From the IMG/VR virus record IMGVR_UViG_3300033168_000003, positions 1 to 42,993 of that record: 42,993 nt of DNA; one strand, 5' to 3'. This document shows positions 33,737-42,480 of this stretch, in pieces. The notes below the pieces were generated by a model. That model was not told the origin of the DNA. It saw nothing but the letters and a program-made list of their open reading frames with translations, and made no database searches. Within the stretch, counting starts at the first letter, position 1; the number at the start of each line of letters is the position of its first letter. Both the position numbers and the translations under genes were made by a program. Source of the stretch: a virus. Taxonomy: Duplodnaviria > Caudoviricetes.

Positions 33737-34626
33737 GAGGTCTCCTGCTGGAAGTTGGGGAGGTTCCGGCCGGCAACCAGAAAGGGTGTGCCGGCCCCTT
33801 TGGCTTGGCGTTGCGCGATGGTCTGGTCGAGATACCGGCCGCGCCGTGCATCACCGATCGCGTCGGCGACGAGGCTTTTCGTGTGGGTCTCGTCAGCCTG
33901 TGCGGCGGCGAGCTTGGTTCGGGCGGTGCAGTACGCGACGGTCAGGTCGTAGTCGAGTTCGACGTCGCTGCCGTTGATCGCGGGGTGGAGTTGCTGCACC
34001 GCCTGGTATGTCGCGCCATGCGAGTCGATATCCGGGCGCTGGGGCTTGCTCCCGTCGGGGAGGCTGTCCATGAACGCCTCAACCTGGCCGCGGATGAAGT
34101 CGGCTTCGTCCTGGTCCCAATGCACGATGTACTCGGCGAACTCCAAGTAGGCGCCGAGCATCGCGACGTGGCAGATCGTCGTGCCGGTGCACAACATCTG
34201 CCACACCGTCTGCACCCGGTAGTCCACCGGGATCTCGTCGGTGCCAGGCCGGCCCCACTCCCCAGTCCGGTCGGCGCTGCTCTTGACCTCAAGGCAGCGA
34301 CCCTTGAAGTCGACATCTCGCACGATCCGGTCGAGGGTGGCCGCGAACCGAGCATCCTGCGGGTAGTAGCACGTCTCGCTGTCCAGCACGGTCATCTCGG
34401 GGTGCTGGTCTGCCCACCACGCGACGATTGCCGGCTCAAGGAATAGCCCGCGCCGCAGGATGTCGCTGTCCTCGATCGCAGGGATCAGCCCGGCCATCCT
34501 GTGCCACAGCGAAAAGGGGCTTTCGTAGGGGGACAGCCCGAGCATCGCCGGGACCTTGCTCGCTGTCGCGAGCCGCATCCACTCCGGGCTCCCCGGCACC
34601 AGCACCGGGCTCGCCGTCGCGGTCAT
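33733..34626 (-). CDS. YqaJ-like (lambda exonuclease family) nuclease
   Basis: GSPEW, TAS, SP..LW, G..LEP, ATLD, LEVK, Y..Q..WQM. Confidence 0.9.
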   Translation of the reverse strand: MTATASPVLVPGSPEWMRLATASKVPAMLGLSPYESPFSLWHRMAGLIPAIEDSDILRRGLFLEPAIVAWWADQHPEMTVLDSETCYYPQDARFAATLDRIVRDVDFKGRCLEVKSSADRTGEWGRPGTDEIPVDYRVQTVWQMLCTGTTICHVAMLGAYLEFAEYIVHWDQDEADFIRGQVEAFMDSLPDGSKPQRPDIDSHGATYQAVQQLHPAINGSDVELDYDLTVAYCTARTKLAAAQADETHTKSLVADAIGDARRGRYLDQTIAQRQAKGAGTPFLVAGRNLPNFQQETS

Positions 34627-34832
34627 GGTCGCCTCACGCCATCCACCCAAACCGGACCGGGACCTATCACTGCGACCCATCGGGAGGCGTCAGCCACGCA
34701 CGCCTCACGCGGACAGACACGCGCCGAAGCCATGCGGCCCTTTGCGGCGTGGCTGTCCTTATGGCTGGACACGAGTTTGCTGCCCGGTCCGTGCGCCCCG
34801 CTGTGTTCGCACTTAGGCTCGGGAACATTCAT
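34623..34832 (-). CDS. Hypothetical protein
   Basis: ATGA overlaps. Confidence 0.5.
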   Translation of the reverse strand: MNVPEPKCEHSGAHGPGSKLVSSHKDSHAAKGRMASARVCPREACVADASRWVAVIGPGPVWVDGVRRP

Positions 34833-34996
34833 CGCTGCCCCTCGCAGTACGTGCTGGCGGCGGGGTTGTGCGCCGCGATCAGCCGGTGGCAGCGCAACGT
34901 TTCGCCTTCACTGGCCGCCCACACAAGCGCCGCGCAGGTCGCGGCGAGCAGCAGGACGACGGCGAAAGTCCGGGTCCGCTCACCGCGGCGGGTCAT
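34829..34996 (-). CDS. Small membrane protein
   Basis: TM segment FAVVLLLAATCAALVWAA. Confidence 0.55.
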   Translation of the reverse strand: MTRRGERTRTFAVVLLLAATCAALVWAASEGETLRCHRLIAAHNPAASTYCEGQR

Positions 34997-35229
34997 CCCC
35001 ATACCTTGCCGTTCAATTCGGTCAGGAAGTCGGCTTCGGTCATTGCGTACCCACCGTCGTCCCACAGCTCGGAGGCGACGACGAGCCGAGGGTCAGCCCG
35101 CCGCAGCAACGCCTTGTGAGCAGGGTCGCTCTTTCGGACGAGCAGCAGAAAATGGCCCGTCCACGAGTCCGAGCTCCCGCCGAGCACCCGACACAGGTCG
35201 CTGAAGTCGTCCATTTCTGGCGCGGTCAT
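34993..35229 (-). CDS. Hypothetical protein
   Basis: ATGA overlaps; AGGA SD. Confidence 0.6.
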   Translation of the reverse strand: MTAPEMDDFSDLCRVLGGSSDSWTGHFLLLVRKSDPAHKALLRRADPRLVVASELWDDGGYAMTEADFLTELNGKVWG

Positions 35230-35696
35230 GTCGTGTCCTGGGCGGCGCGCAGGAGGTGCGGGAGGGACCGCAACCGCTCGAGGTCGCAGAGAAGGTCGGC
35301 CTGCGCAGCCCACAGGTTGTCGGTCGGACCGTCCTCGCAGGCGACGCAGCGACCCCTGGGACGGAGCTGGGCGCAGTCGCACTCCCCGCCGCAGCACTCG
35401 TCGTGCCCGCTGATGGCACGGTGCCGGTCCAGGCGGGTGCTGGCGGATGCGAGGTCGTCCAGGAGCGCGGCGGTCTGCTCACTGTCGGCGTAGGCAGCAG
35501 CGATCAGGGCGATGATGGCTCGGTCGTTGTCCGAGGTGAAGCCGCGCCTGTGGGTTATTGACAGCATGGTGGACAGCGCCTCGGTGGTCTCCTGCCGGGT
35601 GTCGAGCCGGACGGCGATGTCGGTGAGGGTGTCCGCGACGCGCTGCCGGGCGTCAACGGACGCGACGGGTGGCGAGGGGGCGGGAAGGACAATCAC
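35226..35696 (-). CDS. Hypothetical protein
   Basis: 156 aa; GTGA overlap. Confidence 0.6.
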   Translation of the reverse strand: MIVLPAPSPPVASVDARQRVADTLTDIAVRLDTRQETTEALSTMLSITHRRGFTSDNDRAIIALIAAAYADSEQTAALLDDLASASTRLDRHRAISGHDECCGGECDCAQLRPRGRCVACEDGPTDNLWAAQADLLCDLERLRSLPHLLRAAQDTT

Positions 35697-36586
35697 GCGG
35701 TCACCTGCGCGGGCACGATCTCGCCGGCGCTGTCGCAGCGGTAGGCGACGCTCGGGAGCAGCCCGTCCTCACCGATGTAGCCGACGGTGATGCGGTCGCG
35801 GCCGCCGTCGTACCAGCGCAGCTCGACAATCCCCCAGTCCCCGGCGGTCGCGGTCCCGTCGCGCCCGGCGGTCGCGGTCCCGTCGCGCCCGGCGGTCGCG
35901 GTCCCGTCGTGCCCGGCGGTCGCGGTCCCGCTGTCCCCGGCGGTCGCGGTCCCGTCGCGCCCGGCGGTCGCGGTCCCGTCGTGCCCGGCGGTCGCGGTCC
36001 CGTCGCGCCCGGCGGTCGCGGTCCCGTCGCGCCCGGCGGTCGCGGTCCCGTCGCGCCCGGCGGTCGCGGTCCCGTCGTGCCCGGCGGTCGCGGTCCCGCT
36101 GCGCCCGGCGGTCGCGGTCCCGCTGTCCCCGGCGGTCGCGGTCCCGCTGTCCCCGGCGGTCGCGGTCCCGCTGTGCCCGGCGGTCGCGGTCCCGCTGTGC
36201 CCGGCGGTCGCGGTCCCGCCAATCACAGCCCGGTTCGGCTCGCCGTGCACCGCCAGGTACGCCGTGGCGCTCATCCGGTCACCGGAGAACACGACCACAC
36301 CTCGGGGGAACTTCACCTTGCCCGTGAGGTCAATCACGTCGGCTGCCGCTACCTCCACGACTTGCCAGCGGGCATCCGTCTCCCACCGGAACAGACCGCC
36401 GGCGCCTTCACCCCACAGGGCGCCGTGGAGGCCGTGGCCGCACTCCGCGGTCGGTTGCCAGTCGGGGCACTCAACCGGGCCGGACTCAGGCCACCGGAAG
36501 TTGTTCCTGCTGGTGCCGTCGGCGTTGCTGGTCCGCAGAATCAGGACGTGGCCGTCTGCGGGGATGGTTGGGGCTTTGCTGGTCAT
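35693..36586 (-). CDS. Phage protein with 16 GTATAGxx octapeptide repeats
   Basis: N-terminal F.WP..G.V.CPDW...CG.GLHG..WG.G...KVKF; C-terminal GYIGEDGL.P...Y; AGGA SD. Confidence 0.85.
   Translation of the reverse strand: MTSKAPTIPADGHVLILRTSNADGTSRNNFRWPESGPVECPDWQPTAECGHGLHGALWGEGAGGLFRWETDARWQVVEVAAADVIDLTGKVKFPRGVVVFSGDRMSATAYLAVHGEPNRAVIGGTATAGHSGTATAGHSGTATAGDSGTATAGDSGTATAGRSGTATAGHDGTATAGRDGTATAGRDGTATAGRDGTATAGHDGTATAGRDGTATAGDSGTATAGHDGTATAGRDGTATAGRDGTATAGDWGIVELRWYDGGRDRITVGYIGEDGLLPSVAYRCDSAGEIVPAQVTA
35840..36217. repeat. 24-bp coding tandem repeat, 16 copies
   Basis: Invariant core CCGGCGGTCGCGGTCCC plus two variable codons per unit. Confidence 0.95.
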
Positions 36587-36666
36587 GTGGCTTCCTGTCG
36601 GTAGGGCGTACCTTTGGGTGGTCGGTAGGCCGCTCGTCCCATAGCCGGGGCGGGCGGCGCCGTCGT

Positions 36667-36996
36667 TCAGGGAGTGGAGAGGTCGGCCTCGGCGTCTGTC
36701 GCGGGCTCGCCGGCGTCCTGCGACTGGGCTTCCTGCACGGCGAGCAGCGGGTGCATGGCGAGGTAGTCGCGGTGTTGCTTGGCGACGTGAAGCTCCCTGT
36801 GGGCCGCGCTCAGTGCGCTGTTGTGCTTGTCGATCTCGACGTGCACCGCACCGAGACGTGCGTCGGCGCGGTCGAGAGCGGCCTGCGCCTTGGCTTTCGG
36901 GTCGTGGCGCTGGCGTGTCTTCGGGGCGACCGCGAGGGCCGGCGCCGCGTCGGGCGGGTCGTCGATGGGCTGGGGTTTGCGGGCGGTACTGGGCAT
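36667..36996 (-). CDS. Hypothetical coiled-coil protein
   Basis: AAGGAG SD; 109 aa. Confidence 0.7.
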   Translation of the reverse strand: MPSTARKPQPIDDPPDAAPALAVAPKTRQRHDPKAKAQAALDRADARLGAVHVEIDKHNSALSAAHRELHVAKQHRDYLAMHPLLAVQEAQSQDAGEPATDAEADLSTP

Positions 36997-37021
36997 GGCG
37001 GTGCTCCTTCGATGCGGTGGG

Positions 37022-37165
37022 TTAGACGTGTAGGTGCAGGGCGAGTAGGGCGAGCAGGAACACCCCGGCCCACAGCGCGGCGATGACAGCGGCGCAGACG
37101 GCGAGGACGGGGCAGGTCAGGCCGCGGGAGAGGGTGAGGTCGCGGTAGGGCTGGACGGGGCTCAC
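37022..37165 (-). CDS. Small membrane protein (47 aa, not in ORF track)
   Basis: VSPVQPYRDLTLSRGLTCPVLAVCAAVIAALWAGVFLLALLALHLHV*; GTGA overlap. Confidence 0.55.
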   Translation of the reverse strand: MSPVQPYRDLTLSRGLTCPVLAVCAAVIAALWAGVFLLALLALHLHV

Positions 37166-37320
37166 GAGTCGAGCCGCACGGACAGCACTTCCATGCCTTC
37201 TGCCTCGGTGAGCAGGTGGCTCCCGTTCATCCAGTTATCGCGGGCTTCCTGCTCAGACGAGGCGTTGACGATGTAGACCTCGCGGCAATCACCCTTCAGT
37301 TCCACCAAGTACTCGCTCAC
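37162..37320 (-). CDS. Small hypothetical protein
   Basis: Y.V.......Y.V.A.SE.EA motif; GTGA overlap. Confidence 0.6.
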   Translation of the reverse strand: MSEYLVELKGDCREVYIVNASSEQEARDNWMNGSHLLTEAEGMEVLSVRLDS

Positions 37321-37565
37321 GACGCCGCCTTGACGGGTGCGGCGTGCCGGCCGCCGTGGACGACGGACCTGGCGATGAGGGCGTCGAGGTCGGCGACCTT
37401 GAACCGAACGACACTGGTGCCGGGAAGGTTCACGACGAGGAGCTGCGCGGGGCCGGTGCCGCGTAGGGCGCTGAGCTTGTAGACGGTGGAGCGGCTGACG
37501 TTGAGGTAGACGGCAGCCTCGTTGACGGTCAGCAGGGCCGGGGTGACCTTGCGGGGGGCGGTCAT
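37317..37565 (-). CDS. Excisionase-like HTH protein
   Basis: LLTVNEAAVYLNVSRSTVYKL...RF...DLDA (HTH_17/Xis). Confidence 0.8.
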   Translation of the reverse strand: MTAPRKVTPALLTVNEAAVYLNVSRSTVYKLSALRGTGPAQLLVVNLPGTSVVRFKVADLDALIARSVVHGGRHAAPVKAAS

Positions 37566-37957
37566 GCGGCGCGACCGTCGAGTCGAAGCTGAATGTCCAG
37601 CCGGGCTGCACAGTCAGCAATCAGCGCTCGGGCCGTGTGCGTCTCGGCCTTCGCCCGGCGTTGACAGGAGGCGATGGCGCTGCGGTAGTCGTCCTCGGTG
37701 AACAGCGCGGTCTGCTTGTACTGCCGGACGGTCCGTCCGCTGCCGGGGTCAGTCTTCTCGACGTTGCCGTACTGCGGGACACCGCGGCTGTCCTTGCGAC
37801 GCAGCGTCGCCCTGATCTCCTCGGTGAACGCCCGTAGGGCGAGCCGTTCGATTTCCTCCGGGTCGAGTAGAGCGAAAGACTCGTGTGCGCGGTCGGCGGC
37901 GTCCTCGAAGGTGCGCCACGACGACAGGACCTCAGCGATGATCTGGGGGGACTTCAC
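37562..37957 (-). CDS. Hypothetical protein
   Basis: YKQ..LFT.DDY motif; GTGA overlap. Confidence 0.65.
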   Translation of the reverse strand: MKSPQIIAEVLSSWRTFEDAADRAHESFALLDPEEIERLALRAFTEEIRATLRRKDSRGVPQYGNVEKTDPGSGRTVRQYKQTALFTEDDYRSAIASCQRRAKAETHTARALIADCAARLDIQLRLDGRAA

Positions 37958-38694
37958 TTCACGCTCCGGATGTGGCGGCGGCGCAGCGCGGCTGCGAGCG
38001 GGGTGAGGACAGCGATAGAGGCGTCGATCTCGTAGAGCCAGTCGCCGGTGGTGTCGATGGGGTCGGTGTCGTGGTCGGCGAGGATCTCGGTGGGCGTTCC
38101 AGCGGCGAGCAGGGCGCGGCGGGCACGTTCGAGGTGTTTCATCGCCTCGCCGGTGACGATTGAGGGGTGCCGGGCGGCTTCGGCGCGGGCGGCGGCAAGG
38201 GTGTCCGGCACGGGCGCGTCGGGCTGGTTGTTCTGCTCCCACTGCTCGGGGGACAGCACCTGGCCGGTGTCGCGCTGCGCGATGAACTGCTCAGCGGTGA
38301 CAGCGGGCTCGGCGACGCAGATGGGGCGAGGTGAAGGGGTGTAGGTCTTGCCGTCGAGACCCGTGACGGGTCGCGGCTCAGGTGGCTGGGTTCCGGCCAC
38401 CTCGCTCAGATCCCGTGCCACGGTCTCGCGGTTCACCCCGAGCGCACCGGCGATGGCACGAGTGCTCATGCCCTCGGCGGCCAGGTCGCGGACGTGCTCG
38501 GCGCGTAGCTCGCGGGGGAGTCGGACCTGCAGGTCGCGGAACTCTGCGTCGCACAGCTCCTGCCAGGTCGTGTAGCCGAGGTCGATCCAGATGCGGCGGC
38601 GCATCGCCTCCTTGACAACGTCCAGGAGGTCACCAGCCTTGGCCTTGATCCGCCCGACGAGGTCGGAAGGAGACGCCGACTCAAGAGCGGTCAC
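37954..38694 (-). CDS. HTH DNA-binding protein
   Basis: W..LGY.TW..LC..EF; GMSTRAIAGALGVNRETVARDL; GLDGKTY. Confidence 0.8.
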   Translation of the reverse strand: MTALESASPSDLVGRIKAKAGDLLDVVKEAMRRRIWIDLGYTTWQELCDAEFRDLQVRLPRELRAEHVRDLAAEGMSTRAIAGALGVNRETVARDLSEVAGTQPPEPRPVTGLDGKTYTPSPRPICVAEPAVTAEQFIAQRDTGQVLSPEQWEQNNQPDAPVPDTLAAARAEAARHPSIVTGEAMKHLERARRALLAAGTPTEILADHDTDPIDTTGDWLYEIDASIAVLTPLAAALRRRHIRSVK

Positions 38695-38948
38695 GACGCG
38701 ACCAGGTCAGCAATGCGGCGGCTGACGAGGGCATCCCGGTCGCGGAGGATCGCGTCAACCGGCACCTTGAGTTGGTCGGCGATCCGGTAGAGCGCCTCGT
38801 CGCTGGCGTCCTTGCGCTCGTTCTCGATGTTGTCCAAATGCGGGTACGACAGCCCGACGAGGTTGGCGAATGCCCCGGGCTTGTGCCCGTCGCGGACGCG
38901 CATAGCGCGGATCGTGAACCCGTTGTGGCGGGTCTGCTTGGCGGCCAT
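38691..38948 (-). CDS. Cro-like XRE HTH regulator
   Basis: IRAMR...G....FA..VGLS..HL.NIE...K.AS....RIA..L.V; divergent from the repressor. Confidence 0.85.
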   Translation of the reverse strand: MAAKQTRHNGFTIRAMRVRDGHKPGAFANLVGLSYPHLDNIENERKDASDEALYRIADQLKVPVDAILRDRDALVSRRIADLVAS

Positions 38949-38954
38949 AAGGAG

Positions 38955-38984
38955 AGAGTAAGAGAGAACCGGCAGCAAGGTCAA
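38955..38984 (-). promoter_or_regulatory. Leaderless early lytic promoter TTGACC-N18-TACTCT
   Basis: -10 ends 6 nt before the cro ATG; no SD. Confidence 0.7.
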
Positions 38985-39128
38985 GTGATGTCCGGCAAGA
39001 ACACGAAATCGCAGGTCAGAGGGCGTGGCGTTCCCGAACTACAGGCGTGATCTTCGGGACGAACCGGACAGGGACCTCTTGCCCCCCTTCCTCGACTCTT
39101 CCGATCTCTTCCTGTCACTCTTCCCCTC

Positions 39129-39518
39129 GTGACTTCCGATCCGTCCGACTACCGACGCCTTGGCCGAGCCGTGCTCCGAGCGCGGCTAGCGGCTGGCTTC
39201 GAGGACACCGAGGTATGGGCGCAGAAGGTGGGGCGGTCCACCCGCACGCTGCTGGGCCTGGAGCGCGGAGAGAAGGCGAGTGCAGGCCCGAAGACGCTGG
39301 CACTGGTCGAGAGCGCACTGGAATGGTCGTCCGGTACCTGCGACGCACTGCTAAACACAACTGCTGCTTCTGTCGGACCAGCCGGCGACGATGCGACCTA
39401 CGTCAGCGACGTCGGCCCACAGCCGGCGCTGTCTGGTGTTGAGGACGAGACGTTGGCCGAGCAGATCCGCGCAGGTTTAGCCGCCATGCAAGAAATGAGG
39501 AGGCGACACGGTGGCTGA
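39129..39518 (+). CDS. Immunity repressor (XRE HTH)
   Basis: LG.AV..AR.A.G......WA..VG.S.RTL..LERGE; divergent from cro. Confidence 0.82.
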   Translation: MTSDPSDYRRLGRAVLRARLAAGFEDTEVWAQKVGRSTRTLLGLERGEKASAGPKTLALVESALEWSSGTCDALLNTTAASVGPAGDDATYVSDVGPQPALSGVEDETLAEQIRAGLAAMQEMRRRHGG

Positions 39519-39915
39519 CCCCTGGCTTGCGCTCGCGGCCCGCCCGCACCTACAGCTCCTGCACGCCCCGATCCCGGAGCGGGGCCGGTACTACCACGAC
39601 CTCCGCACGATCGTGCTTCGCACCGGCCTGCTTCTTGTGGAACAGCGTGCCGTGCTGTGGCACGAGCTGGTGCACGCCGACCGGGGGGACCGACAGGGCT
39701 GCAGTGACGAGCGAACATGTGTGCGGGACGCGGCCCGGCGCGCAATCGACCTGCACGAGCTAGCCGACGCGCTCGCCTGGTCCGAGGATCGACATGAAGT
39801 GGCCGACCAACTCAAGACCACGGCTGAACTGCTCGACGCACGCTTGGCCAATCTCCACCCCTCCGAGCGCGGCTACCTGCAGCGCCGGCTCTCCATGAAG
39901 GAGCACAGCGCATGA
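39511..39915 (+). CDS. ImmA/IrrE-family metallopeptidase (anti-repressor)
   Basis: R.VLWHELVH (HExxH); directly after the repressor. Confidence 0.85.
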   Translation: MADPWLALAARPHLQLLHAPIPERGRYYHDLRTIVLRTGLLLVEQRAVLWHELVHADRGDRQGCSDERTCVRDAARRAIDLHELADALAWSEDRHEVADQLKTTAELLDARLANLHPSERGYLQRRLSMKEHSA

Positions 39916-40520
39916 CCCACCCGAAGTGGAACAACCCCCCGAATTGGCCGGCACCTCCCGCTGGGTGGTCCCCTCCGCGTGGTTGGCAGCCTGACCCCGC
40001 GTGGGGTCCTGCGCCGGCGGGGTGGCAATTCACGGCGCCACGAAAGTCCCGGACCGGGCTCATCGTGGGAGGCAGTCTTGGCGGCGCGATCCTGCTCACC
40101 ATCATCATCGGCGTCTCTGTTGGGGGTAGTGGGACGACCTCTAGCCCGGCGGCGGACAGCGGGTCCTCGTACACGCCGCCAGCCGAGACGCCTTCATCGC
40201 CGGCCCCGCTGTCTCCGGCGATGCTCGCTCAGTTCTTGCACGACAAGGACGCCTCAGACGGGATCGCCACCGAGGACGTCGGCGCCTACGCCACGGCCTT
40301 CGACGCCTTGCTGCCGCACTGCAACAACCCGCCGGAAAAGGTAGCGGCGTTCGCCAGCGCAGCGCAGGACGACCTAGTAGCCCACGGCATCCACGACGAG
40401 ACGCGCCTCACCGTCATGCAGCACCTAGCGGGCAGCGTTCCTAGTGAGGTAGGCCCCACCGACTGCCAGGGGATCTCGGCGGCGTACTTGACACTGCGCG
40501 AGACCCCGGCCGGTGGCTGA
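39912..40520 (+). CDS. Membrane protein with Pro/Trp-rich N-terminus
   Basis: PPNWPAPPAGWSPPRGWQPDPAWGPAP followed by a TM segment; in the lysogeny operon. Confidence 0.75.
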   Translation: MTHPKWNNPPNWPAPPAGWSPPRGWQPDPAWGPAPAGWQFTAPRKSRTGLIVGGSLGGAILLTIIIGVSVGGSGTTSSPAADSGSSYTPPAETPSSPAPLSPAMLAQFLHDKDASDGIATEDVGAYATAFDALLPHCNNPPEKVAAFASAAQDDLVAHGIHDETRLTVMQHLAGSVPSEVGPTDCQGISAAYLTLRETPAGG

Positions 40521-40553
40521 GCACATGTCGCACCTGCTGCTTACGGTCCGCCC

Positions 40554-40784
40554 ATGACCGCGCTCACCGCTGCCGACCTGGCGATGCTCGCGATGGAGCG
40601 CCGGTTCTACGCCCACCCCGGCGGCAAGGAGCAGGCGATCGCGGACGAGCTAGGGCTGACCGCAACCCGGTACTACCAGCTGCTCAGTCAGCTGATCAAC
40701 CGCACTGAGGCGCTGGCAGCCGACCCGGTGACGGTGAACCGACTCCGCAGGCTGCGGGCTCGCAGGCGAGCGCGGGCCGCGTAG
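40554..40784 (+). CDS. DUF3263-like protein
   Basis: E......G.KEQAI..ELGLTATRYYQ.L..LI....ALA.DPV.V.RLRR; TACGGT lies 6 nt before the ATG. Confidence 0.8.
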   Translation: MTALTAADLAMLAMERRFYAHPGGKEQAIADELGLTATRYYQLLSQLINRTEALAADPVTVNRLRRLRARRRARAA

Positions 40785-41866
40785 TGGGCAGCGTCCGCAA
40801 GCAACCGAACGGCAGGTGGCAGGCGATCTACCGCGACGCCGCCGGCCGCCAACACACAAAGGTCTGGCCGACCCGGACAGCCGCCAGGCAGTGGGCCGCC
40901 GACCAGGAAACCCTCGTCAGGGCCGGGACGCACCGCAACCCCCGGGCCGGGCGCCTGCTGCTACGGGACTGGCACAGCCGGTGGATGACTGCGCGGGTGG
41001 TGGAGGCCGCGACCCGCCGCGCTGACGTCACCTACAGCCGGGACGTCCTCGAGCAGTGGGGCGCCCGGCCCCTGGACAGCATCACCCGCCTTGACGTGCA
41101 GGGCTGGGTACGCCGACTTGAGCAGACCGGCCGCGGGCCGGTGGCGATCAGCAAAGCAGTGCAGCAACTCACCGCTGTCCTGGAGGCCGCGGTCCACGAT
41201 GACCTACTGCCCTCTAACCCGGCCCGGGGTGTGCGACTACCCCGGGCACCGAAGCACCCGGACCGCCTGATCACCGCAGCGGAGGAGGTCGCTCTGCTGC
41301 AGGCGCTCCCGAGTGCGCGGGACGTCGCGATGGTGGAGGTGCTGCTCGACACGGGCCTGCGGTACGGGGAGCTCGCGGGGCTACATGGGCACCGGGTGGA
41401 TCTGCTGCGCCGTGAGTTGCACGTTGTGGAGACGTTGACGCAGGCCGGGCAGGTGAAGGCCTACCCGAAATCCGTCCGGTCGCAGCGGGTCGTGCCGCTT
41501 GAGGAGCGAGCGGTGCTGGCGTTGGCGCGGGCGATGGAGGTGCACGGCCGAGATGGGCTGGTGTTCCGGGCGCACCGGCGCTCGCCGGGCAGGCAGACGT
41601 TCGGGCCGGTGGTGGGTGCGAACTGGCGCTCGTTGGTGTGGCAGCCGGCGCTGGTCCGGGCGGGGATCGCGGAGCCGTGGCCGACCCCGCATGACTGCCG
41701 CCACACTTGCCTGTCGCGGCTGGTCGCAGGTGGTGCTGACCTTGCGCTGGTCCAGGCCTTAGCCGGTCACGAGAGCCTGCAGACGACGTCCCGGTACGTG
41801 CATGCGGCGGGGCTGGTGCAGGACCGGCTGCGGGCCGGGATGAGGGCTGTTGCGGACGGTTCCTGA
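40784..41866 (+). CDS. int: Tyrosine integrase
   Basis: TGLRYGEL, HDCRHT, AGH...TT.RY catalytic motifs; adjacent to the att core. Confidence 0.95.
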   Translation: MGSVRKQPNGRWQAIYRDAAGRQHTKVWPTRTAARQWAADQETLVRAGTHRNPRAGRLLLRDWHSRWMTARVVEAATRRADVTYSRDVLEQWGARPLDSITRLDVQGWVRRLEQTGRGPVAISKAVQQLTAVLEAAVHDDLLPSNPARGVRLPRAPKHPDRLITAAEEVALLQALPSARDVAMVEVLLDTGLRYGELAGLHGHRVDLLRRELHVVETLTQAGQVKAYPKSVRSQRVVPLEERAVLALARAMEVHGRDGLVFRAHRRSPGRQTFGPVVGANWRSLVWQPALVRAGIAEPWPTPHDCRHTCLSRLVAGGADLALVQALAGHESLQTTSRYVHAAGLVQDRLRAGMRAVADGS

Positions 41867-41873
41867 CGGCTCG

Positions 41874-41895
41874 TGTGGCAGTTCTGTGGCAGACG
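41874..41895 (+). promoter_or_regulatory. Putative integrase arm-type binding sites (right)
   Basis: TGTGGCAGTTCTGTGGCAGACG, 20/22 identical to 251..272. Confidence 0.65.
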
Positions 41896-41961
41896 GCCTC
41901 GCGGGACCTGCTGCAAAGGCGCATCGTCGCAGGTCACAGCCTTAGCCGGTTCGGTGCGCCC

Positions 41962-41980
41962 CTTCCCGATGACCGAGCAC
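41962..41980 (+). repeat. att core, right copy (19 bp)
   Basis: Exact repeat of 109..127. Confidence 0.95.
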
Positions 41981-42016
41981 GTGGAGCTGGTCGCGATCCT
42001 CGAGCCGCCCGCCTGA
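41963..42016 (+). pseudogene. Displaced original 3' end of the host methyltransferase gene
   Basis: Reads FPMTEHVELVAILEPPA* in GC-rich codons. Confidence 0.88.
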
Positions 42017-42092
42017 CCCGCGCCCCCCTGGCCTGCCCGCGCATGCACGACCCCTGGTCAGCGCGTCCCCTGCGAGTCCTGCGCGGCCGCCC

Positions 42093-42239
42093 GCCGGCCC
42101 GCGCGCCCACCCGCTTGGCTGCCAGCCGGCCCGCGCGCCCACCCGCTTGGCTGCCAGCCGGCCCGCGCGCCCACCCGCTTGGCTGCCAGCCGGCCCGCGC
42201 GCCCACCCGCTTGGCTGCCAGCCGGCCCGCGCGCCCACC
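42093..42239. repeat. 32-bp perfect tandem repeat, ~4.6 copies (host side)
   Basis: Unit GCCGGCCCGCGCGCCCACCCGCTTGGCTGCCA with no spacers. Confidence 0.92.
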
Positions 42240-42480
42240 TTCATGTCCGCCGCACCCGCCGCGTTGACCTACTCGCCGGCGCGTTCCGCCTGCCGCCCCG
42301 GGCGTCCGCCTGCTTGGCCGCCGCGCCAGCCGCGAGCTGGTACCTGTCTTGCGCCGTAGGGACGTGTCTGCTGGCGTGACGCACCGGCGGTCCCGGTCGA
42401 GCGTGGCCCCTGGCGGCCGTACGACATGGCAGCAGACAGGTTCATCCGCGAGCAGACACGGCTTGGTGGCCCCGTGCCGG

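Larger units (their letters stand above)
109..41980. mobile_element. Integrated temperate siphovirus-like prophage, apparently complete (~41.9 kb)
   Basis: Bounded by 19-bp direct repeats; carries integrase, repressor, replication, terminase, portal, capsid, tail tube, tape measure and lysis genes. Confidence 0.95.

Noticed and set aside
35840-36217. 24-bp array as CRISPR or DGR template/variable repeats
   Set aside because: The variable part is only 6 bp and in-frame coding; no cas or reverse transcriptase gene is present.
42093-42239. 32-bp repeats as a CRISPR array
   Set aside because: The units are contiguous with no spacers, and there are no cas genes.
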